Assembly: GCA_964199315.1 (NCBI GenBank)
Contig: OZ116699.1
Coordinates: forward strand, 32,984,001-33,048,000
Reading direction: 5' to 3'
DNA from: Orbicella franksi
Lineage: Eukaryota
Length of the DNA stretch: 64,000 bases
Shown here: one piece after another, positions 1 through 10,584 of the stretch
Layout: the number at the start of each line of letters is the position of its first letter
How positions within the stretch are numbered: position 1 is the first letter of the stretch
Made by a program: the position numbers and the translations under genes
Notes under the pieces: model-generated
What the model was told of the DNA's origin: nothing
Databases searched by the model: none
What the model saw: only the letters and a program-made list of their open reading frames with translations

Positions 1-847
1 GCGCGTGTTTTTCGCACATTCAGTTTCTGTTAGAGAACAAGTTATTTTGTATGCCTGCGTTGTTACCGGAAATAGAGACATTTCGCCTTATTGTCCTTCT
101 TTTTATGATGGCACAGACAGTGATTTTGTGGTGGAACAATTATCGCGCGGTTCAGTTCATGTAGCTAATGCAAAGCGCGAAACATGGCACACGAAAAAAT
201 AGGGGAGAGGCGTGGCACCAGTTCACACCATTCACTGAATTCACGCTTCTGGGTTATAGTTCGATGACGAAATGAGCGGTAAAAAATTATTCCACAATTA
301 TTTTTCTTAAACAGTTAAATCCTTGCTTCTTTGACTTGCCCCAGGGAATGTAATTTTCAACAATGTAACATCAGTTAAAATCAAAGACATTTCATTGAAT
401 TCTCTCATGAATGAGCTATTTTTGTGAACATAGTTCTTGATCTAGATCTTACATTGAGGGGCCCGATAGTATCACCAGTTTTGTATATTATTATGTGTCC
501 GTGGCTGTGTGGGTATTTGGATGCATGTGTGTGTGTGTGTGGACGGGGGGAGGACGCCGGTATAAGAGGGATTGTGCAGTATGTTACATTTTCTAAAACA
601 TATCATTTTTCAGGTGTAAAATTAACTGCGTGAACTATAAGAAGCACAGCTAAAGATGCTGCAAACGTTACCCGATGTCATGGACTTGTACCCAAGAAAA
701 GATGAGCAAATTTGTTGATGAAATCACGAGATTAAGTTTGTGAATCTTTTATGCTGATCGTCCAGTGTATATTTATGACATTACACTGATCTGATTGATA
801 CATTTTGTTAACGAGTTAACGAGTAATGATGCTGTTAATAGCAATAC

Positions 848-3605
848 TTTTACTGTGAACGGCCTTTAACATTCCAACAATGCCGGGGTCTTTGCTGCGA
901 AACTTTGCACTTAACTGTGTGAAACTTTTACGGTGAACGACCTATAACATCCCAACAATGCCGGGGTCTTTGCTGCGAATGTTTGCACTTAACTGTGTGA
1001 AACTTTTACGGTGAACGGCCTATAACATCCCAACAATGCCGGGGTCTTTGCTGCGAAACTTTGCACTTAACTGTGTGAAACTTTTACGGTGAACGGCCTG
1101 TAACATCCCAACAATGCCGGGGTCTTTGCTACGAAACTTTGCACTTAACTGTGTGAAACTTTTACGGTGAACGGCCTATAACATCCCAACAATGCCGGGG
1201 TCTTTGCTACGAAACTTTGCACTTAACTGTGTGAAACTTTTACGGTGAACGGCCTATAACATCCCAACAATGCCGGGGTCTTTGCTGCGAATGTTTGCAC
1301 TTAACTGTGTGAAACTTTTACGGTGAACGGCCTGTAACATCCCAACAATGCCGGGGTCTTTGCTGCGAATGTTTGCACTTAACTGTGTGAAACTTTTACG
1401 GTGAACGACCTATAACATCCCAACAATGCCGGGGTCTTTGCTGCGAAACTTTGCACTTAACTGTGTGAAACTTTTACGGTGAACGGCCTATAACATCCCA
1501 ACAATGCCGGGGTCTTTGCTGCGAAACTTTGCACTTAACTGTGTGAAACTTTTACGGTGAACGGCCTATAACATCCCAACAATGCCGGGGTCTTTGCTGC
1601 GAAACTTTGCACTTAACTGTGTGAAACTTTTACGGTGAACGGCCTGTAACATCCCAACAATGCCGGGGTCTTTGCTACGAAACTTTGCACTTAACTGTGT
1701 GAAACTTTTACGGTGAACGGCCTGTAACATCCCAACAATGCCGGGGTCTTTGCTACGAAACTTTGCACTTAACTGTGTGAAACTTTTACGGTGAACGGCC
1801 TATAACATCCCAACAATGCCGGGGTCTTTGCTGCGAATGTTTGCACTTAACTGTGTGAAACTTTTACGGTGAACGGCCTGTAACATCCCAACAATGCCGG
1901 GGTCTTTGCTGCGAATGTTTGCACTTAACTGTGTGAAACTTTTACGGTGAACGGCCTATAACATCCCAACAATGCCGGGGTCTTTGCTGCGAAACTTTGC
2001 ACTTAACTGTGTGAAACTTTTACGGTGAACGGCCTGTAACATCCCAACAATGCCGGGGTCTTTGCTGCGAAACTTTGCACTTAACTGTGTGAAACTTTTA
2101 CGGTGAACGGCCTGTAACATCCTAACAATGCCGGGGTCTTTGCTGCGAATGTTTGCACTTAACTGTGTGAAACTTTTACGGTGAACGGCCTGTAACATCC
2201 CAACAATGCCGGGGTCTTTGCTACGAAACTTTGCACTTAACTGTGTGAAACTTTTACGGTGAACGGCCTATAACATCCCAACAATGCCGGGGTCTTTGCT
2301 GCGAAACTTTGCACTTAACTGTGTGAAACTTTTACGGTGAACGGCCTGTAACATCCCAACAATGCCGGGGTCTTTGCTGCGAAACTTTGCACTTAACTGT
2401 GTGAAACTTTTACGGTGAACGGCCTGTAACATCCTAACAATGCCGGGGTCTTTGCTGCGAATGTTTGCACTTAACTGTGTGAAACTTTTACGGTGAACGG
2501 CCTGTAACATCCCAACAATGCCGGGGTCTTTGCTACGAAACTTTGCACTTAACTGTGTGAAACTTTTACGGTGAACGGCCTATAACATCCCAACAATGCC
2601 GGGGTCTTTGCTGCGAAACTTTGCACTTAACTGTGTGAAACTTTTACGGTGAACGGCCTGTAACATCCCAACAATGCCGGGGTCTTTGCTGCGAAACTTT
2701 GCACTTAACTGTGTGAAACTTTTACGGTGAACGGCCTGTAACATCCTAACAATGCCGGGGTCTTTGCTGCGAATGTTTGCACTTAACTGTGTGAAACTTT
2801 TACGGTGAACGGCCTGTAACATCCCAACAATGCCGGGGTCTTTGCTACGAAACTTTGCACTTAACTGTGTGAAACTTTTACGGTGAACGGCCTATAACAT
2901 CCCAACAATGCCGGGGTCTTTGCTGCGAATGTTTGCACTTAACTGTGTGAAACTTTTACGGTGAACGGCCTATAACATCCCAACAATGCCGGGGTCTTTG
3001 CTGCGAAACTTTGCACTTAACTGTGTGAAACTTTTACGGTGAACGGCCTATAACATCCCAACAATGCCGGGGTCTTTGCTGCGAAACTTTGCACTTAACT
3101 GTGTGAAACTTTTACGGTGAACGGCCTATAACATCCCAACAATGCCGGGGTCTTTGCTGCGAAACTTTGCACTTAACTGTGTGAAACTTTTACGGTGAAC
3201 GGCCTGTAACATCCCAACAATACCGGGGTCTTTGCTGCGAAACTTTGCACTTAACTGTGTGAAACTTTTACGGTGAACGGCCTGTAACATCCTAACAATG
3301 CCGGGGTCTTTGCTGCGAATGTTTGCACTTAACTGTGTGAAACTTTTACGGTGAACGGCCTGTAACATCCCAACAATGCCGGGGTCTTTGCTACGAAACT
3401 TTGCACTTAACTGTGTGAAACTTTTACGGTGAACGGCCTATAACATCCCAACAATGCCGGGGTCTTTGCTGCGAATGTTTGCACTTAACTGTGTGAAACT
3501 TTTACGGTGAACGGCCTATAACATCCGAACAATGCTGGGGTCTTTGCTGTGAAACTTTGCCCTTAACTGTGTGAAACTTTTACGGTGAACGGCTTTAAAC
3601 ATCCC
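848..3605. repeat. 78-bp tandem minisatellite, about 35 copies
   Basis: The unit ttttacggtgaacggcctataacatcccaacaatgccggggtctttgctgcgaaactttgcacttaactgtgtgaaac repeats head-to-tail. Only a few sites vary (tata/tgta, gctg/gcta, aaact/aatgt, ccca/ccta). The terminal copies are degenerate. Confidence 0.98.
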
Positions 3606-5655
3606 GTCAGTGGGTATTTATGAAATTTTTATGGTAAACTACCTCTAAGAATGTGTGTCTTTGGTTGTTTAGCTTTCAAGTTAAATTAATTTTGTGAAAG
3701 TTGTTTTGACAGTGCTTTGCAGTCTTGGGTAAGGCATGGATCAGTGACATGGACTGAGATGGATCACCAACATTCAAGGTATGAATTATCAAGATTTTTT
3801 TTACTCATTTTATGATAAAGATTCTAATGTGGTTTATACACTTTTATCTCGCAATTCCAGAGTGGGAAGCTCAGAGAAGACAGTTGTCCAAAGAAAATGA
3901 AAAACACGTTTTTCAATACTTTTGAGGTAAACATGGTGTTACTAATCAGCACTAAACCAGCTCCCTTTGGTTGTTTTAAGGAGCTGGCATAACCCTTTAT
4001 TTTTCAAAAAAATCATTAGAAGTAATTGTAAACTACTAAATCGGGGTAAACATATAAAGTGTGTTGCTGTTGTTGAAATTACAATCATTATTGGGCTAGC
4101 AATGTAGAAGTAAACCGATATGTAGTAGTAAAGGACTTCAATATTATTTTTTGTTCATTTCCCTTACAGCGTTATATAAAAGTAATTTTGCAACAGGCAT
4201 TTCTTTGGTGAAAGCAAGTTTGATCTGAATGTCTAAAAGGATTAGAGGGATCTTATTTTAAACATAAGTGTGAATCGTTTTAGATGTCAGAACGCAAAGT
4301 GCCAAACTGTCACACGTATGCTGAACCTGGAAGACATCTGAAGTATCGGAAAACAACGTGCTGGGAGACACCTTGTCCGATCCGCTTAAGACATAAATGG
4401 TAAGTTGTATTGTTTTTAAGTGATAACATATCAAAGTGTAGATTTTGCTTATAGCGGCAAAAATAACCACATCTTGCTAATTTATCTCTAATAATAGTCA
4501 ACAGACAATAGGCTGTTGAATAAAGGTCCTAAACAATGCGTTTGTTTTTAATCTAAGTCAAAACGCTGGCCAGAACATTTTTTCGCCTATAATTGCCTTG
4601 CTGGCATTTGCAATGTTACCCTTTACTGCTGGCTGGCTACTTGGCTAATTGCCATTTTTCTAGCTCGGTATTCAAAATTTTCATTATATCTGGCTGGGAG
4701 TTTTATGAAATAAAGTCGATCTTGCTAGCAGTGAAGAGCGGATATTTTTTTCCCAGGAAAGTTGCTTATTAATGGTAATTGACGTGGGAGCACAGAATCA
4801 GTGCTTGAGAAGTCACATATTAAATTTCCAGTTAAAGTGTCGTTGGGTACTCCTGACACGACTTGAGTATTCTTTGGTTTTCAAATCAATGTTGTGTAAC
4901 CCAACCGCCGCTCTGTGTTGCGTTAAAGAAACCATGACTTAAGCTACATTAACCAGTTCTGATCAAGACAAAACCTTCAGGTAGCTCACCTTTTCGTTAC
5001 ACTATTCTCCATTGCTTTCTGCTATTTCAACTGGTTTCACAGCGAACTTCTTCAATGCTCTTCTCCAATTCAAGTTCAATTTCACCGATATTTCAGCCCA
5101 CAGATAAGTTTAGTTCAGGCCTAAACAACGCTCACCAATACGTTAATGTCACCTGAAATGACTTAAGTTTAGTTCAGATATTTCAGTGCTCATACAATGC
5201 TCATACAGTGCTCTGACATTGCTCATTCAATTCAACTCAAGACAGGCAAAGGTGTGGCCTAAACAACGCTCACCAATACGTAAATTTAATGTGGACCCCT
5301 GACCCATCGCGTGTGCGACTTACTTGTCGATCTAAAGTTGTATAAATGGACGATATGTTCTTATTTTGAGTTTGTCGGTCTTTGTCCGTAGGCCAAATGT
5401 TTCGACCACTCGATAAAGCACAATCTACACTCAAAATCTTCGTTTAAAAGCTGAAAATAAAGGCACTCCGCCGATCCCACAAACTCCAAAGGTCGGCAGC
5501 AAAAATGTATCTTATTCACCAGCCCCCAGAGTGCATTTCGCTTCCACAGAGGGGCAAACCGTGCGCGAGCCCGAAAAAAGTGCGAAGTCACTTATCCAAA
5601 GGAATGCAGCTTGCCAGCTTTATGCGAGTGACTACGCCAGCGCTTAAAAACTGGA

Positions 5656-5780
5656 CCAATCTTGTTCCCAGAGCCCCCGTGTTTTCGGTCAGCGGTGACC
5701 AAAAGAATCGCAGTCCTCGAAAACGAGGTTAATGGCGAACTTTTTCCGCGAGTTTTCAAATCAACAGGTGTGTTTGAACT
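5656..5780 (+). mobile_element. Short dispersed repeat, copy 1 (second copy at 45245-45364)
   Basis: It shares ttcggtcagcggtgaccaaaagaatcgcagt...ttccgcgagt.ttcaaatcaacaggtgtgtttgaa with 45245-45364 in the same orientation. Confidence 0.8.
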
Positions 5781-6372
5781 ATTCACTGAAAGAATGGAAA
5801 GCGTGGAAAGAAATCATATGTCTATTTTTCTGACACCTCTGTTTATTCAAGACTCCTGTGACCTTCTGTTGTAAGGTACAGTGGACCCTGTTAATACGGG
5901 TCAGTAACTGTCACCAACGGGCCACGAAACAACCACTGCAGAGCGAGAGAAACGTGCAAAAATATATTTCATAACAATGCCCCAGGTATTGACGGTCCCA
6001 TTCATGACAATGTTTGGGATGGCGACCGTTTCCCGGTTTACCTCTCGAAAAGCCATTTTCATTTAACCTCTCAAATTTAACGGGTGGGAACATTTGTCAA
6101 TTAATTAAAGTTTAGTCTTTGCTTGCACTATTTAAGATGCCAAATGAAATAATTAGAAAATTGTTTAGAAGAGTAACTAACAACAACGACAACAATAGCA
6201 ATTTTAAAATAAGGACAACTCTGAAAATTTAGAGCAAAGCAGAAAAATGTGAGGCGGCGGATAGCTAGAAATTCAACTCTACTCCGGATCTACAGTCACA
6301 TCTTAAGTTAAATTTGTCCTGGTTGCTAACGGGAAACAAACCAGATCCTTTGCTTTTCAGCCTGACCTAGTG

Positions 6373-6439
6373 AACATGTCAACATGCCAACATGCCAACA
6401 TGCCAACATGCCAACATGCCAACATGCCAACATGCCAAC
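6373..6439. repeat. (CATGCCAA)n 8-bp microsatellite
   Basis: About 8 tandem copies are directly visible. Confidence 0.95.
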
Positions 6440-9296
6440 TTTCAGAACAAACCGTGTTAAGGCATTTACAAATGGTGTAATTTTGATTCTACTCTTAGAG
6501 TGGCTACGACAAAAACCGAGTTGAAACGTTGTATATATTTTATATATTTTAGCTTGGTCTTGGACTCTAGTTTTGGTCTACGAAAGTTTTTTACAAACTG
6601 TATAAGCATCTGATAGAACTAGACGTTCTAAGAGCGTTTATTCAGGCTTCGTTACGAGTACGCGTTTTCGACTCAATAAAAACAAATAAAAGAATCAGGA
6701 TATTTTAGCACAAGAGTTCCGCTTAGGTATCTAGTATTCATTAGCTGGTTCGTTCAGTATCCTTCTAATCCAATCGCAAGTTGTGAGTTTAAACCATTTT
6801 GGTTCAAGAATCAAGCACAGCTGTCTACGCATTTATGGAGAACTTGTTTGCAAAGAATTTTCCAGGTCTGTTTACAACTTATGGCGATTACATTGTACAT
6901 GCTAGCAGAAATTGTTCGAAGTTCGTTTACTTTTTGTCAGAAGTGTATCTACAGAGGTATCAATTGGTTATATTAATAGTTGCTTCAGTTGACTTGAAAA
7001 GTCTGAATTAAGAGTACTTTTACAATTAACACATTTTTCCTAAGTTAGATGCGATGAGTTGCCGTTCCATTTTAAACTTATACATTGATGATTGTATATT
7101 CGTAAATTGAACTTAACGTCTGCGGTGCCAAGAAACTACATGTATCTTATTGAGTCTGTTTTATTACAATAAATGATTACATGACTGTAACTTGTGGCTT
7201 GCGTTTAATTTTTTCACTGGAGAAGATACGAGTTGAAAGAGAAATGTTCCAGCTATGTAACTACTTACCGGCTTGTTATATTACTTTAACTGAAGTTACA
7301 CGAGTACTTCATTTCAAAAAAAGTGCTTGAGCTTAGTGGAGTGCTGAACAGAACAAAATGCGGACGATATTGGGCTTGCATTTACGTGGCTTAGATGTCC
7401 ATAAAGCTGTATGAAAGGATGCCTTTACCAGCGCTTTAGAAGGGCATTACGGACATAGTAAAGTACAGCTTTACGCGACGTGTCCATAAAGCCGTATGCC
7501 CTTTACAGGGTTTTAAAAAAACTTAACGGACATAGTAAAGTACAGCTTCACGCAACTTTACGATGCGATAAAGTTCCGTAAATGTATCCCCTTATGCGTC
7601 TTTACAGAAGCCCGTAAAGACGCTTAAAGTTCAACTTTCCGATTTTGTAAAGATCCGTAAAGTTCCGTAAATACGAGCTTTACGGCAGCTTTACGGAGAT
7701 GAACGTGTAACGCGCGATTCTTGCCAAAACGTTCTTCGCAAAACACCGCAATCTGTCACGAAGAGCGAGCAATGTCGCGTTTCTCGTCCCCAGTTTCCAT
7801 GGTCTACGCATGGAACGCCTGGGACCATGACCCCCTTTTTGGCGACCAAAACGCTTGCATTTCACGACTCAGGCTTTCCTACGGAAGCCCGAGTAATAAC
7901 AGGTGTAAGGGCCTAGGGGTCTTATAGTAGACTTATAGTAACTTTACCATATATGCCTAGGAGTGCAACATGAAGTAAATACTCAATATTAATGTCTTCT
8001 TGCTTAGTAGATAAATAAATAAATAAAACTTGCAATACTGATTTACATTTTGATCATTAATTTTCATCGTAAATAAAGTAGTTCTGAAATTAACAGCGCT
8101 TACCATTCGTTAAAAGTTCTGGTATGAATTTCCGGAAATTTCCAGTGAAGAGTGGAAAAGCATCTTCCGGAATTTCCGGAAAAGAGGACAAGCTTGCAAG
8201 GTATACCGAAATTTTTGGAAATTTCTCCTCGGGAATTTCCGTTCCATGTGACTTTCCTGCCGAAATCTTTGAAGTTTTTGGTTGGATGGTTTGCTTTTCG
8301 GAAAATGTAATTTGTGATAATCGGTATTGACATAAATTAATATTTTGCCGACACGGAACGGAGAACTGGGTGGGAGAGTAGTACGCAAAGGCTCATGGGT
8401 AGTACGTTTGTAAAAAGAGACCGTTGAGAAACTTATGACATTCTACGGTCAGCCTTGCCACTAGCACTTTCCCATAAGGTTTATTTTTATTGTGTAATTA
8501 GCGTCATGATTTGTTTTTTCATTCTGTTGTTTATAGATCAACCTTAAAATCCCAAAGGTGGCGCCACTGCATTTGGTTGGGGGTACACGGCCCCTATTTT
8601 TCCTAACAAGAGGTTTTTGGGGTTTACGTGTCCGGCTTTGGCGCATGTAGGACGTTACTTGATGTATCTCTTATCCGCTTTGTTGTAAGCTTATTGTCGC
8701 AAATAAAACATATCTTGGGCCTGGCTGACCAACGCGCCCATGCCTCAACCTTAGACTGTGCTCGGTTGTGTAGTGAAGGCAAAATTTCAACAATTATAAG
8801 CTGTGAGCCTATATTTTTACAAGGCTTTCTGTGGGCGTCCTTTTGCTGAGAAACATTTGGCTTGAAAAAGGTTTGGGTTTATATTTGGAAGTATTGAAGC
8901 GATAAAACGAGAAACAAGTTTTAACGAACACCACAAGTCCTTGTGCATACTGTAACCACGTAAGATCATGATAGCAAACAAGCTCTCCAATAGGCGGCTT
9001 GTAATCGGTAGAAGTTGCTTATTTCCTTATGATCTAACTCTAAATATAAGCTCATAGACTTATATTTGAGGAGCAAAAAGGGCGGAGGAGCTTGTTATCG
9101 GAAGGGACTTAAGGATTTTGAGACTGATTTGTCTGGAATGGGGATTGAGGGATTATTGTCCGAAATTGACGTATAAAGAACTGGAGGAAACACATCAAAT
9201 TGCCGCAATTCAAAATTAGAAAGAGTTTTTTTATATCCTCAAATCTATCCTCGCGGTAGACTAAGTTATGGGGGGAGTCCGCTCTTATCCATGACA

Positions 9297-9560
9297 TTAT
9301 AATAATAATAATACTTTATTTTTATACATGTAGCGCTATTTCTATCACTATCCAGTAGCGCTTTGCCATGATTTTGAAAACATCTCACCAATAAAAGTGA
9401 ATAAAAACGTAGAAATATCTGAAACGTGAATCAGATAAACTAAATAATAAAATATAACTAAGCTGTAAAAATCAGAAGAAAAACTAAGAATAATAAAACT
9501 TACTAACTAACTAGCTAGCTAACTAACTAACTAACTAACTAACTACATGGGGGGATACCT
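9297..9560 (-). mobile_element. 3' end remnant of an L2/CR1-type LINE
   Basis: The minus strand has the stem-loop agcgctactggatagtgatagaaatagcgct followed by an (ATT)n tail. A (CTAA)n tract lies at about 9503-9545. Confidence 0.5.
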
Positions 9561-9839
9561 AAATAACTAATGAACTGATTAATTACCAACGCTACAGCTA
9601 CACCACTGCCCCTGAAAAGTACCCCGAAATCATACAAAAATCAATAAAAACATAAAAAACATGTCTTTAATCCAACCTCTTCCCCCATCTCTCAGAAATC
9701 CGTCAATTCCTCAACGCACAACAATATAAATGGACAACCCTAGCCGAAAACGAGAGTTTGATGGGAGAGCTAATGAAGACGATATCAAAACTGAAATTAA
9801 AGTAATTTAAATATTACAATTGGTCTGGAGGTTTTCAGG

Positions 9840-10580
9840 GGGTCCTGACCAAGTTGATAACGCCAGGAACGAGGTCTTCCAAGATTGCGAGAAACACAGC
9901 CGTGTCAGACAACCGGGAGTAATGTTCAGTCATTTCACCACTCTGCCACCCTATGTATTGCGCGACATCCTGTTGCGAACAACCAAACAATCGCTAAGTA
10001 TATCACAAACCCACCAGGGAACTATGGGGGGTTTCACCATCGATAAGCTTAGCCTCGACGAGATACCCACGAAGCCGGTTATTAACCGCCGAGCCGGCAA
10101 AGGGCCCTGAACCAACATCCTTATTGCGGTCAGACGCTCTAAAGAAAAAATCTGGAGCTACGTTAAGTAAATCACACGCAGAAAGGTAATAGGTTATCCA
10201 ATTAACCGGGCTCACAACCGATTTGCAAGAGGGAGTCAGCGAAAGAACGGGGGGGGGGGGGGGACCCTTACGCAAAGTCTTAGTAAGGATAAAGTGTAAC
10301 AGGTAACCCTCAGGATCCTTTAATTTAAAAACCTGGCTAGCCAATGACCGACCTAAATCCGACGCCTTATCGGCCGTAAAGAAATCTACGACAAAAAACA
10401 CGGCATCTCGATCTAATACACACTTATTACTTCTAGAAAGCGATTGGCTATTGCTTATCTTTTTCCGTAAAAGAGCACGTAATTTCTGAAACTTTAGGAA
10501 GAACAATGGAACCGCTGGTGATGGACAAACGGCCAGACCTGCTTGCTCTTCCTGAACAAACTTAACTTCAAATATTCCTT
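9840..10580 (-). pseudogene. Tyrosine recombinase C-terminal catalytic half (DIRS YR)
   Basis: The translation is KEYLK/FVQEEQAGLAV...DRDAVFFVVDFFTADKASDLGR...TKTLR...FFFR...SAVNNRLRGYL...GETPHSSLVGL*YT*RLFGCSQQDVAQYIGWQSGEMTEHY. It carries degenerate H-x-x-R, (H/W) and catalytic Y motifs, with in-frame stops. Confidence 0.88.
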
Positions 10581-10584
10581 ATTT

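Noticed and set aside
848-3605. CRISPR array or repeat-protein gene
   Set aside because: The units are contiguous with no unique spacers. The four 80-aa ORFs arise because the unit is 26 codons long and are cut by a recurrent TAG variant. All plus-strand frames contain stops.
7350-7930. Defined transposon
   Set aside because: Internal short direct repeats (acggacatagtaaagtacagctt; taaagttccgtaaa) are visible, but I could not establish TIRs or a TSD.
8100-8388. Overlapping ORFs on both strands
   Set aside because: The region is a quasi-palindromic ttccggaa-rich interspersed repeat with no protein motif.
9109-9297. 62-aa ORF as a transposase or ATPase fragment
   Set aside because: It has no recognisable motif. 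It is more likely non-coding terminal sequence of the DIRS element.
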